From NCBI GenBank assembly GCA_038999215.1, contig JAWABM010000002.1, positions 1-48,815 of the forward strand: a stretch of DNA of 48,815 bases, given 5' to 3'. Shown here one piece after another: positions 9,097 to 17,065 of the stretch (its first letter is position 1; every line of letters begins with the position of its first letter). Source of the stretch: Candidatus Aenigmatarchaeota archaeon (GTDB lineage: Archaea; Aenigmatarchaeota; Aenigmatarchaeia; Aenigmatarchaeales; JACQIB01). The notes under the pieces were generated by a model. It had not been told where the DNA came from and did no database searches. It saw only the letters and a list, made by a program, of their open reading frames with translations. The position numbers were made by a program, and so were the translations under genes.

Positions 9097-9927
9097 TTAA
9101 GCGTTTTTCGTTTCCCTTGTCATCAGGTCGAGCTCCAGCGTGCAGCCCTTCGGGCAGCCGATTATTGTCGTGCCCTTGTAGTTCTGGACGAAGCGCTCCT
9201 TTGTCACTGCCAGAAAGATGTCCGGCGCCTCATCGAGGCAGTCGTTCGGCGGGTTGTTGATGTGCCTTCTTTTGAGGAGCTCGAGCGGGGCGTGCTTCTC
9301 TGCCACGCCAAGGGCGTTGCCTATTGCTCCGTAGTCCGCCTCATGCACCAATATCTTGACTCCGCAGCAGTCGTAGAGCCGAGAGCCCGAAAGCGGTATG
9401 TCCCTGCCGAGCACGAGCTTCGCAGGAGCTGTCGCCGGGCTGCGCAGGCACACGTCGGGAAACAGCACCTTCTCGGCTCTTATCCCTTCCGGAGAGGCGA
9501 AGCCCACCACGCCAACAACGTCCTCGTCCAGCAGCTTCGCACCAGTTATCAGCTTGGCCCTTCCGCTAAGGTCCTCTATGTAGCCGTCCCTCTTCGCGCC
9601 TATCACAGCGACAGCGCCTCGGCAGTTCTTTATGGAGACCGCGTTCTTCAGCTCGGCCTTGCCGAGCAGCATTTTCTGCAGCGTCTTGTACCTCTCCGTG
9701 TAGAGCCCTATGAGGTCTTGCATGCTGTACCTTGACGGGTTGGTGAAGTCCTTCACCAGCCTAGCCGCAGAGCAGAGCGACGTTATCTCGCCGGCGCTAA
9801 GCACGAGCGGTCTGTCGCTCATGGCCTTGAGCCGCTCAAACACCGCTGCGGAGACGCGCTCGTCCTTCAGAATCTCGGCCGCAGCCGGATCAATCATCAC
9901 CCCAAGCTCCATTATCTTTTTCAGCAT
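9097..9927 (-). CDS. degenerate PolD small-subunit (DP1) / eukaryotic polymerase B-subunit-like protein lacking phosphoesterase metal ligands
   Basis: 276 aa. OB-like segment AVAVIGAKRDGYIEDLSGRAKLITGAKLLDEDVVGVVGFASPEGIRAEKVLFPDV. C-terminal segment LELLKRRHINNP..LDEAPDIFLAVTKERFVQNYKGTTIIGC resembles, from my memory, Pyrococcus DP1 ELLKMRHLAP..VIEEVPDLVQMGHVHV..YRGVQLVNS. No DxH, GDxxDG, GNHD or GHxH motifs are present. Its ATG shares one base with the orc1 stop (TGATG), and its stop lies 17 nt before polB. Confidence 0.6.
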   Translation of the reverse strand: MLKKIMELGVMIDPAAAEILKDERVSAAVFERLKAMSDRPLVLSAGEITSLCSAARLVKDFTNPSRYSMQDLIGLYTERYKTLQKMLLGKAELKNAVSIKNCRGAVAVIGAKRDGYIEDLSGRAKLITGAKLLDEDVVGVVGFASPEGIRAEKVLFPDVCLRSPATAPAKLVLGRDIPLSGSRLYDCCGVKILVHEADYGAIGNALGVAEKHAPLELLKRRHINNPPNDCLDEAPDIFLAVTKERFVQNYKGTTIIGCPKGCTLELDLMTRETKNA

Positions 9928-11117
9928 CAGAATACTTGCTCCAAGCAGTCCTTCGCCTTCTTTATGACGGGCGGGGAAAGCGCCAGGTTTATCGTCCTTG
10001 TCCTTCCGTGCCTGCCTTTCGATATCACGCGCGTGGTTATTATCCCGAAAAGGTCCAGTTCAGCTATCAGGTCCGAAACGCGCCTTTGCGTCAGCGGTTT
10101 CAGCCCGGCCCTCCTGCAGTTGGTCTGATACAGGTCCACAACGTCGCCGGTGTCAAGGTTGCTGTTCTTTTCCGCTAGCTGTATTATCGAGTAAAGCACC
10201 ACTTTGCTCTGCTTCGGTTGCGCCTTTATCGTCTCTATTGTCCTGTCGGTGTCTATCTTGTCCTCTGCCGCATCCACATGATCTATCCTTATCTGGTCTG
10301 AGCCGTTGCGCTCCGCCAGCTCCGCCGCCACCCTGAGAAGGTCAAGGGCCCTTCGCGCATCGCCGTGCTCCTGCGCGGCCAACGCCGCGCACTTTGCGAG
10401 CACGCCATCGCCAACAGCCCCCTCCCTGAAGGCCATGTCCGCCCTCTGCTTGAGTATGTCCTGCAGCTGAACGGCATTGTACGGCGGGAACACCAGCTCC
10501 TCCTCGCTGAGGCTCGAGCGCACGCGCGGATCAAGGTTGTCGATGAAATTCAAGTCGTTTGTTATGCCCACAACGCACACTCGCGAGTTCTTAAGCTCCT
10601 GGTTTATGCGCGTAAGGTTGTAAAGCACTTCGTCGCCTGTCTTCCTTACCAGCGCGTCTATTTCGTCTATTATCAGTATCATCACCTGCTTTTGGCGGTC
10701 CAGGAGATTGAAGAATGCTGAATAGACTTGGTCGGTGGGCAGGCCTGTGAACGGAAGCTCCTCCCCAAGTTCCTTCGCTAAATATGCTATGAGACGGTAT
10801 TCGGTATCAGCCGAATGCTTCATCTTGCAGTTGGCGTATATGATTTTTATCTTGCTGTCCCGACTGGCCTTTTCGAGCTCAGCTGCCACCCTGCTGGCGA
10901 CCAGGGATTTTCCAGTGCCGGTTCTGCCGTATATGAATATGTTGCTCGGCCTTTCGCCTTTCAGTGCTGGCGCAAGTATCCTTGCTACATCCGCTATCTG
11001 CTTCTCCCTGTGCGGTATTGTCTCGGGCGTGAAGGAAATCGACAATGCGTTCCTGTTCGTTATGATGGGTTTTGCGTCCATGAACTGGTTGAACAGCTCC
11101 TGTATGTTTTGGCTCAT
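9927..11117 (-). CDS. cdc6: Orc1/Cdc6 replication initiator
   Basis: Walker A GRTGTGKS, Walker B LIIDEIDAL, a sensor region and a C-terminal winged helix (DLIAELDLFGIITTRVISKGRHGRTR). Start set at ATG 11117 (MSQNIQELFNQF), which is preceded by AAAGGAGGTG. The track ORF extends to 11183. Confidence 0.9.
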   Translation of the reverse strand: MSQNIQELFNQFMDAKPIITNRNALSISFTPETIPHREKQIADVARILAPALKGERPSNIFIYGRTGTGKSLVASRVAAELEKASRDSKIKIIYANCKMKHSADTEYRLIAYLAKELGEELPFTGLPTDQVYSAFFNLLDRQKQVMILIIDEIDALVRKTGDEVLYNLTRINQELKNSRVCVVGITNDLNFIDNLDPRVRSSLSEEELVFPPYNAVQLQDILKQRADMAFREGAVGDGVLAKCAALAAQEHGDARRALDLLRVAAELAERNGSDQIRIDHVDAAEDKIDTDRTIETIKAQPKQSKVVLYSIIQLAEKNSNLDTGDVVDLYQTNCRRAGLKPLTQRRVSDLIAELDLFGIITTRVISKGRHGRTRTINLALSPPVIKKAKDCLEQVF

Positions 11118-11357
11118 TTGTGCACCTCCTTTTCTTGTGGGATTCGGGTTTAATTGCGTGAAGGTATATAAACTTTTCTCCATGTGAAGCAGGGGGGTTG
11201 GCGTGAAGTTCCATGGGAAATCATGGGGTTCACATGACTCCTAGAAAAAATGGTCCTGAAGCTTAAAATAAGCCTTTTTACGGCTTTTGCCGTTCTGTGA
11301 ACTTCATTTTAGTGGTGTCATGTTCATTTTGTTCATTTTCAGTTCACAAATGACTAT

Positions 11358-11372
11358 ATAACAATGTTATAA
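11358..11372. promoter_or_regulatory. 15-bp palindrome TATAAC-AAT-GTTATA (copy 1 of 4)
   Basis: Read directly from the sequence. Perfect 6-bp arms with a 3-nt spacer, inside the oriC-like region. Confidence 0.6.
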
Positions 11373-11477
11373 TTGGTTCCATGAGCAGAAATTTCCACAG
11401 GAAAGCCATACCCCTTACTTTCCTTTGAATATTGCAAATTATTATCGATAACGTCAGGAACGGTACCTTTATTTCCT

Positions 11478-11492
11478 ATAACGATGTTATAT
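11478..11492. promoter_or_regulatory. 15-bp palindrome TATAAC-GAT-GTTATA (copy 2 of 4)
   Basis: Read directly from the sequence, 120 bp from copy 1 and inside the oriC-like region. Confidence 0.6.
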
Positions 11493-11554
11493 ACATACAT
11501 ACGCAACAAAATCTAATTATAAAAAGCACTTCGACAAGAAATCATGGGGAGGCC

Positions 11555-12304
11555 TTATTTGCTGGTGTACGCTGCTTTGAGGGCCTCGATAAGGATTTTC
11601 GGATCGCTGCCTTTGGAGATTGCCAGAGGTATCCTTTCTATTTCAGCTATCCTTCTAGCCAAGTCATCAACAGTGCTTGCGCCCTGTAGTACCACCAAAC
11701 CGGGCTTGAGGTTGGTCACTTTCAGGGCGACCATGCTGCTTCTTCCGCGGTTGGCGCCTGTGAATATCAGCGCCCTTTCGGTGGTCAGGCCGTATAGTTT
11801 TACCAGCTCGGTCGGCGGCAGCTCCATTATGGCCTTCATGCTGTCTATGACCGTATAGCCGTATATCTGGCCGTTCGGATCTTCCTTTGTCTGCATTTCC
11901 GCGCCTATTGCCTTGCAGAATTCCTTTATGGATATTGGCATTGAGAATTCCTTCAGGTCGAGCACAGCGTCGGAGAGCATGTTTTTGGACGGCACGACGG
12001 AGAATTCCTTGATTATCTTCCCTCCGGCTTTCTCATCCAGGGTTATCATAGCGTCCACTATCTTCTTTACCACGCGTATTCCCGGGCTCTTCCTTCTGCT
12101 GTTCTCATAGTCGCTTATCACCGAAGGCATGACAGACATCTGCTCCGCCAGCACGCGCTGCGGTATCTTGAATATGTTCCTCCATTTCTGTATGGTTTTT
12201 CCTGCGTCAGAACTCAGCACTATCTCGCCCGCGATCCTTTTCGCGACAATTTCGCGCGTCAGGCCGTCTTCCTCGACCATTCCAAACATATTGTCGAAGT
12301 ACAT
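11555..12304 (-). CDS. XRE-type helix-turn-helix transcriptional regulator with C-terminal uncharacterised domain (conserved archaeal type)
   Basis: HTH segment TIQKWRNIFKIPQRVLAEQMSVMPSVISDYENSRRKSP, followed by a domain of roughly 170 aa; 249 aa. Confidence 0.65.
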   Translation of the reverse strand: MYFDNMFGMVEEDGLTREIVAKRIAGEIVLSSDAGKTIQKWRNIFKIPQRVLAEQMSVMPSVISDYENSRRKSPGIRVVKKIVDAMITLDEKAGGKIIKEFSVVPSKNMLSDAVLDLKEFSMPISIKEFCKAIGAEMQTKEDPNGQIYGYTVIDSMKAIMELPPTELVKLYGLTTERALIFTGANRGRSSMVALKVTNLKPGLVVLQGASTVDDLARRIAEIERIPLAISKGSDPKILIEALKAAYTSK

Positions 12305-12377
12305 ATTTATAATTAACGATGGTGCGCCAGGGATAACAATTTAAATAGCGGACGCATAAGATGGTGAATGTGATTTC

Positions 12378-12920
12378 ATGGCAGTCAAGGTAAAGGACAT
12401 CATGTCCTCCCGCGTCATAACTTGCACGCCTTCTACCAAGGTCAGCGACGCCTCGAAAATGATGAGGACGGAGGACGTCGGCAGCATCGTAGTGGTCGAA
12501 GGCGGCAAGCCGGTCGGAATCGCGACGCGCGAGGACGTGACGAACAAGGTTGCTGCCGAGGACAGGCAGCCCTCGAAGGTCGCCGTCCGGGAGATAATGA
12601 CCTCGCCGGTCATAACCGCTTCGCCTGACGAGGATTTGGCGGACGTGGCAAGAAGGATGAACCAGTTCGGCTACGAAAGGATGCCGGTGAAGTCCGCCGA
12701 TAAGCTTGTCGGTTTCATTTCCGTCCGCGACATACTCAAGGTTTCGCCCGGCCTGCTTGAGCTCATGAGGGAAAGCTTGGAGCAGGAGGGGCCGGAGGAC
12801 GTAGAGAAGGAGTACACCTCTGGGGAGTGCGAGCTCTGCGGCAACTTTGATGAACAGCTCAGGAACGTGAACGACCGTTGGGTCTGCTCTTCCTGCGAGG
12901 ACGAGGCAGAAGAGCTCTAG
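12378..12920 (+). CDS. CBS-domain pair protein with C-terminal CxxC..CxxC zinc ribbon
   Basis: Two CBS repeats (VKDIMSSRVITCTP..., VREIMTSPVITASP...) and the tail CELCGNFDEQLRNVNDRWVCSSC. The TATA-like TTTAAATA at 12338-12345 lies 33 nt upstream. Confidence 0.85.
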   Translation: MAVKVKDIMSSRVITCTPSTKVSDASKMMRTEDVGSIVVVEGGKPVGIATREDVTNKVAAEDRQPSKVAVREIMTSPVITASPDEDLADVARRMNQFGYERMPVKSADKLVGFISVRDILKVSPGLLELMRESLEQEGPEDVEKEYTSGECELCGNFDEQLRNVNDRWVCSSCEDEAEEL

Positions 12921-12955
12921 TTTAGTTTAAATTCCTTTCTCCCCAAGACTTATCC

Positions 12956-13282
12956 ATGGAAAGGCCCTTGCTTGAGGCATACATGAGGAAGATTGAGCAG
13001 GCTTTCTTCGACGAGGCGATATGTGAGAGCGATTACAATTCCCTTTTGGATGCGCTCAATGAGGGCTGGCTGGACGGCGGCAAGACGTATGCGGAGGGCG
13101 TCGAGGCGCGGCTCACTGCGGCCATGGACGCTGTCCTGGCGAACCACCTCAGGCCGCTGGAGGCGGGATATGAAAAGAGCGTTTCTGGCGGGGCGGGCGA
13201 GATTTCAGGCGAGATAGCAGATGATCTTAGGAAGAAGCTCAAAAGCGAGAGGTGGGCCGGACATAAAGACGGGTTTTCGTGA
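12956..13282 (+). CDS. hypothetical protein
   Basis: 108-aa ORF in a gap between confident genes. Its stop overlaps the start of the next ORF. No family recognised. Confidence 0.45.
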   Translation: MERPLLEAYMRKIEQAFFDEAICESDYNSLLDALNEGWLDGGKTYAEGVEARLTAAMDAVLANHLRPLEAGYEKSVSGGAGEISGEIADDLRKKLKSERWAGHKDGFS

Positions 13283-13539
13283 ATCGTATGATGATCAGGA
13301 TAAGGGCGCATCCGTCGTCGAAAAGGCTTTCTTTCAGGTTCGTCGGCGAGGTGCTGCATGCGCATCTCACCGAGCCGGCCGAAGGAAACATGGCCAACAC
13401 GCAGCTGGTAAAGGAGCTCGCAAGGGCGTTCGGAGGCTGCACGCTGGTGCGCGGAGCCGGATCCAGGAGCAAGGTGGTGGACGTTCCGCTCGCCTCCATC
13501 GATGAGGCCGAGCAGCGTCTGCGCGCAGCATATCTTTAA
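13279..13539 (+). CDS. DUF167 (YggU-like, UPF0235) family protein
   Basis: MIRIRAHPSSKRLSFRFVGEVLHAHLTEPAEGNMANTQLVKELARAFGGCTLVRGAGSRSKVV matches the general DUF167 pattern. The start is either GTG 13279 (overlapping the upstream stop) or ATG 13288/13291. Confidence 0.7.
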   Translation: MNRMMIRIRAHPSSKRLSFRFVGEVLHAHLTEPAEGNMANTQLVKELARAFGGCTLVRGAGSRSKVVDVPLASIDEAEQRLRAAYL

Positions 13540-13685
13540 AAAGCTTGGTTCCGTATATACATGTAGTACTGTTAAGGTCACGGAGAGATCACGTATCATG
13601 ATCATACGGCCGCATGGCGCGGCGCCACGTATGCGTAAGCGCGTTTTTTCTTCGCAGACCTGCAGAAGGCAAGGGTGATGTTGAA

Positions 13686-14894
13686 ATGGGAAAATTGGCG
13701 CAAACTTCGTCGAAATACATAATTTACGCTAAGTTTGAGGCAGACGGCACCGTCGAGAAGCCCGATGTTATAGGCGCGGTGTTCGGTCAGACGGAGGGGC
13801 TCCTTGGTCAGGAGATGGATCTGAGGGAGCTGCAGCAGACAGGAAGGATAGGCAGGATAGACGTGGAGCTCAGGACAGAGGGCGGGAAGACGTCCGGGAT
13901 GATAATAATCCCTTCTTCCCTTGACTCATCTGAGACCGCGATGATTGCCGCAACAATCGAGACCATTGAGCGCGTCGGCCCATGCAAATCCAAAATAACC
14001 ATAGACAGGATCGACGATGTCCGCATCGAGAAGCGCAGCTACGTCGTCAGCAGGGCGAAGGAGCTGCTCGGCAAGATGGTCCATGAGACCGGCGTGCCTG
14101 AGGCGCAGGAGATTTCCGAGGAAATCAAAAGCGCCGTGCGCAGCTCCGAGGTTGTGGAGTACATGGGTCTGCCCGCCGGTCCTGATGTGGAGACGAGCGA
14201 AAAGATAGTGATCGTTGAGGGCCGGGCTGACGTGGTCAATCTGCTCAGGGCCGGCATAAGGAACGCGATAGCAATCGAGGGCACGTCGGTGCCTGAGGTT
14301 ATAAAGGAAATATCGAAGGAGCGCGAGACTACCGCGTTCCTTGACGGCGACCGCGGAGGGGACCTTATATTGAAGGAGCTCGCAGCGGTGGCGAACATCG
14401 ATTTCGTTGCGCGCGCACCCGAGGGCATGGAGGTCGAGGAGCTCAGCAAGAAGGAGATATTCAAGGCCCTCAGGGACAAGGTTCCCCTGTCCGACGCTAC
14501 TGGAAAAAAGTACGATATATCCAAGAAGCAGCATCAGCGACAGCAGGAGCCGCAGCGCGAGGAAGCCTATGAGGAGAGGCAGCGGCCGAAGCCGAAGGTG
14601 GAGCCTGAAAAGCTGCAGAAGCTGAAGCAGATTCTGGAGAGCCTGACTGGCACGAGGGCGGCATACTTCCTGGACAGGGAAGGCAGCCCTATAGGCAAGG
14701 TGCCTGTCAAGGAGATGTTCAACGCCATAAGGGAGCTGGACGCCGAATACATGCTCCTCGACGGCGACATAGATCAGAAGCTCGTAGGATTCTGCTCCAA
14801 GAAGGGCATCAAGTGCCTCGTGGGTATGAGGATAAAGGGCAGGATAAAGGTCCCGAGCAACATAGAGGTCCTGACGATGAAGGACCTTTCCTGA
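13686..14894 (+). CDS. dnaG: archaeal DnaG primase (Toprim domain)
   Basis: Start trimmed to ATG 13686 (MGKLAQTSSKYIIYAKFEADGTVEKPDVIGAVFGQTEGLLG), preceded by GGTGAT. Toprim segment IVIVEGRADVVNLLRAGIRNAIAIEGT...FLDGDRGGDLI. Confidence 0.9.
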   Translation: MGKLAQTSSKYIIYAKFEADGTVEKPDVIGAVFGQTEGLLGQEMDLRELQQTGRIGRIDVELRTEGGKTSGMIIIPSSLDSSETAMIAATIETIERVGPCKSKITIDRIDDVRIEKRSYVVSRAKELLGKMVHETGVPEAQEISEEIKSAVRSSEVVEYMGLPAGPDVETSEKIVIVEGRADVVNLLRAGIRNAIAIEGTSVPEVIKEISKERETTAFLDGDRGGDLILKELAAVANIDFVARAPEGMEVEELSKKEIFKALRDKVPLSDATGKKYDISKKQHQRQQEPQREEAYEERQRPKPKVEPEKLQKLKQILESLTGTRAAYFLDREGSPIGKVPVKEMFNAIRELDAEYMLLDGDIDQKLVGFCSKKGIKCLVGMRIKGRIKVPSNIEVLTMKDLS

Positions 14895-14898
14895 ATTC

Positions 14899-14904
14899 TT
14901 TTTT
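14899..14904 (+). terminator. oligo-T tract after dnaG
   Basis: A TTTTTT run starts 5 nt after the dnaG stop. Archaeal termination typically uses oligo-T. Confidence 0.35.
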
Positions 14905-14924
14905 AATGGGAAGCAAATAGTATT

Positions 14925-15986
14925 ATGAGGAAACTGAAGGATCTGGCTTCCCTGGCTTCTAGGAGGGGCCTTGATGCGATTTTCATTTCGCAGGCTAGCA
15001 ACGTGCGCTATTTTACCGGCATCGCCGAAACGCAGCTCCTCCTCGTCGTCCCGCGGAGGGACGAGCCGTTCGTTCTTACCTCGTCGCTTGGAAAGGCCGA
15101 CATAGGAAGCTGCGGCGTAGAAATCTGTTCGGTCGGCCCTGACGGCGACATCAGGGCGAAGTCATTCTACGCGGCTGCGAAGAAGAAGCTCGGTTCCTGT
15201 AGGAGGATAGGCTTTGAGGCGGGCATGCCGCATGACAGGTTCCTCAAGATGCAGAGGATCGTCAGGGCGAAGTTCAAAGACATATCCAGCCAGATAGCGG
15301 CCATGCGGGCCGTCAAGTCCGAGGACGAGGTCGCGAAGATAAGGAGGGCCCTCGAAATAGCGGAGAAGGGCATGAAGGTTGCCCGCGATTTCATAAGGGA
15401 TGGGGCGACTGAGCGCGAGGTGGCCGCCGCAGCCGAGGGCGCCATGCGCCTCTCTGGCGCCGATTGGTTCTCGTTTTCGAGCATAGTGGCCTCGGGCCCG
15501 AACCCCGCGAGGCCGCATTTCATCCCGTCAGATAGGAAGATAGGCCGCAGCGACCTCGTCGTCGTTGACATAGGGGCAGTTTACGACGGCTACTGCTCGG
15601 ACATCACAAGGACCTTCTGCGCCCGTCCATCGCCCAAGCAGAAAAGGCTGTACAATATCGTGCTCAGGGCGCAGGCCGCAGCCGAGGCCAAGGCAAGGCC
15701 GGGCGTTGCGGCGGCTGCCGTCGATGCCGCGGCCAGGAATGCCATCAAGAAGGCGGGATACGGCAAAGAGTTCGTGCATGCGACAGGCCACGGCGTCGGG
15801 CTCGACATACATGAAGAGCCTTCGATATCTCCGAAGTCGAAAGGCGTGCTCAAGCCGGGGATGGTGTTCACCATCGAGCCGGGCATATACACGAAGGATA
15901 TGGGAGTGCGCCTCGAGGACATGGTTTTATTAACAAGGAAAGGAAAAATCATTCTCAACAGGTTTCCGAAAGAACTGGAGGTGTAG
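14925..15986 (+). CDS. M24-family Xaa-Pro aminopeptidase/dipeptidase
   Basis: Creatinase-like N-domain plus a pita-bread domain with metal-ligand contexts VVDIGAVYDGYCSDITRT, HATGHGVGLDIHE, FTIEPGIY and RLEDMV. Confidence 0.85.
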   Translation: MRKLKDLASLASRRGLDAIFISQASNVRYFTGIAETQLLLVVPRRDEPFVLTSSLGKADIGSCGVEICSVGPDGDIRAKSFYAAAKKKLGSCRRIGFEAGMPHDRFLKMQRIVRAKFKDISSQIAAMRAVKSEDEVAKIRRALEIAEKGMKVARDFIRDGATEREVAAAAEGAMRLSGADWFSFSSIVASGPNPARPHFIPSDRKIGRSDLVVVDIGAVYDGYCSDITRTFCARPSPKQKRLYNIVLRAQAAAEAKARPGVAAAAVDAAARNAIKKAGYGKEFVHATGHGVGLDIHEEPSISPKSKGVLKPGMVFTIEPGIYTKDMGVRLEDMVLLTRKGKIILNRFPKELEV

Positions 15987-15988
15987 AT

Positions 15989-17065
15989 ATGATTGATCCG
16001 CGCGTGAAGAAGCTCGCCGAAGTTTTGGTCGATTATTCCGTCTTCGTCAAGAAGGGCGAGAACGTGATGATAAGCGGCTCCTCGACGGAGGCGGACCTGA
16101 TAAGGGAGATTTATCGCCTTGTGATCAAGCGAGGCGCTTACCCGTTCGTCGATATCGGCGTGCCAGGCATGAGCTACATCTATTACAAGAACGCTTCAAT
16201 AGAGCAGCTGAAGAAGTTCCCGAATATCAGGGACTACATAGTCAGGAATTGCCAGAAATACATCGGCATAGGCTCCCCGACAAACACGCGCGAGTTCAGC
16301 AACATCGACCCAAAGAGGCTCGCGATAAGGAGCAAGGTCGTCCGTCCGATCACAGACTATATCGTCAACAGCCAGCCGAAGATGTACAGGGTCACGCTCG
16401 ATTACCCGACGCCTGCGCTGGCGCAGGACGCCGAGATGAGCACTGAGGAGTATGAGGACTTCCTTTTCGGAGCCTGCCTTCTTGACTGGAAGAAGCTATC
16501 AAAGGAGTTCAGACGGCTGCAGAAGATATTGAATGCGGGGAAGGTGGTGAGGATAGTTGGCGAGGACACCGACCTGACGCTTAGGATATATAAGAAGTCC
16601 TTCATTGTCGATGACGGCAAGGAGAACATGCCCGGCGGAGAGATATTCTGCGCACCCGAGAAGTTCTCCGCAGAGGGTCACATCCGCTTCACCTATCCGG
16701 CTATAAGGGACAGCGTGCAGGTCGACAACATCTATCTCGAATTCAAAAAAGGGAAGGTCGTCAAGGCCACGGCGGACAAGAACGAGAAGTTCCTGAAGCA
16801 GATGATCGCAATGGACAAGGGTTCCTGCTACCTTGGAGAGCTCGGCATAGGGATGAATCCCAAAATCACGAAGTTCACAAAGAACCTCCTCTTCGACGAG
16901 AAGATAGGAGGCACGATCCACCTCGCGCTCGGCATGGCTTACAAAGCCTGCGGCCAGCCCAACAAGTCCGCGCTCCATTGGGACATTGTCAAGGACCTCC
17001 GCAGGGGCGGCAGGCTTTATCTCGACGGCAGGCTCATACAAAAAGACGGGAAATGGCTCGTTTGA
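15989..17065 (+). CDS. M29-family aminopeptidase (AmpS/PepS type)
   Basis: MIDPRVKKLAEVLVDYSVFVKKGENVMI start, with GGEIFCAP, LGELGIGMNP and HLALGMAY segments typical of thermophilic metalloaminopeptidases; 358 aa. Confidence 0.8.
   Translation: MIDPRVKKLAEVLVDYSVFVKKGENVMISGSSTEADLIREIYRLVIKRGAYPFVDIGVPGMSYIYYKNASIEQLKKFPNIRDYIVRNCQKYIGIGSPTNTREFSNIDPKRLAIRSKVVRPITDYIVNSQPKMYRVTLDYPTPALAQDAEMSTEEYEDFLFGACLLDWKKLSKEFRRLQKILNAGKVVRIVGEDTDLTLRIYKKSFIVDDGKENMPGGEIFCAPEKFSAEGHIRFTYPAIRDSVQVDNIYLEFKKGKVVKATADKNEKFLKQMIAMDKGSCYLGELGIGMNPKITKFTKNLLFDEKIGGTIHLALGMAYKACGQPNKSALHWDIVKDLRRGGRLYLDGRLIQKDGKWLV

Larger units (their letters stand above)
11184..11554. other. putative chromosomal replication origin (oriC-like intergenic region)
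   Basis: About 370 bp of non-coding, AT-rich DNA directly upstream of orc1/cdc6. ORB-core-like pseudo-palindromes GTTCCATGGGAAAT (11209-11222) and TTTCCACAGGAAA (11393-11405). GTGAA/TTCAC units at 11185, 11204, 11230 and 11298, and a tandem GTTCAT/GTTCAT/GTTCAC at 11323, 11332 and 11343. Two copies of the TATAAC-N3-GTTATA palindrome. Confidence 0.55.

Noticed and set aside
13553-13652. Near-palindromic ATCATGAT-containing stretch and a T-run in the 146-nt region upstream of dnaG.
   Set aside because: The symmetry is imperfect and the stretch occurs once. It is most simply the terminator of the DUF167 operon plus the dnaG promoter/leader.
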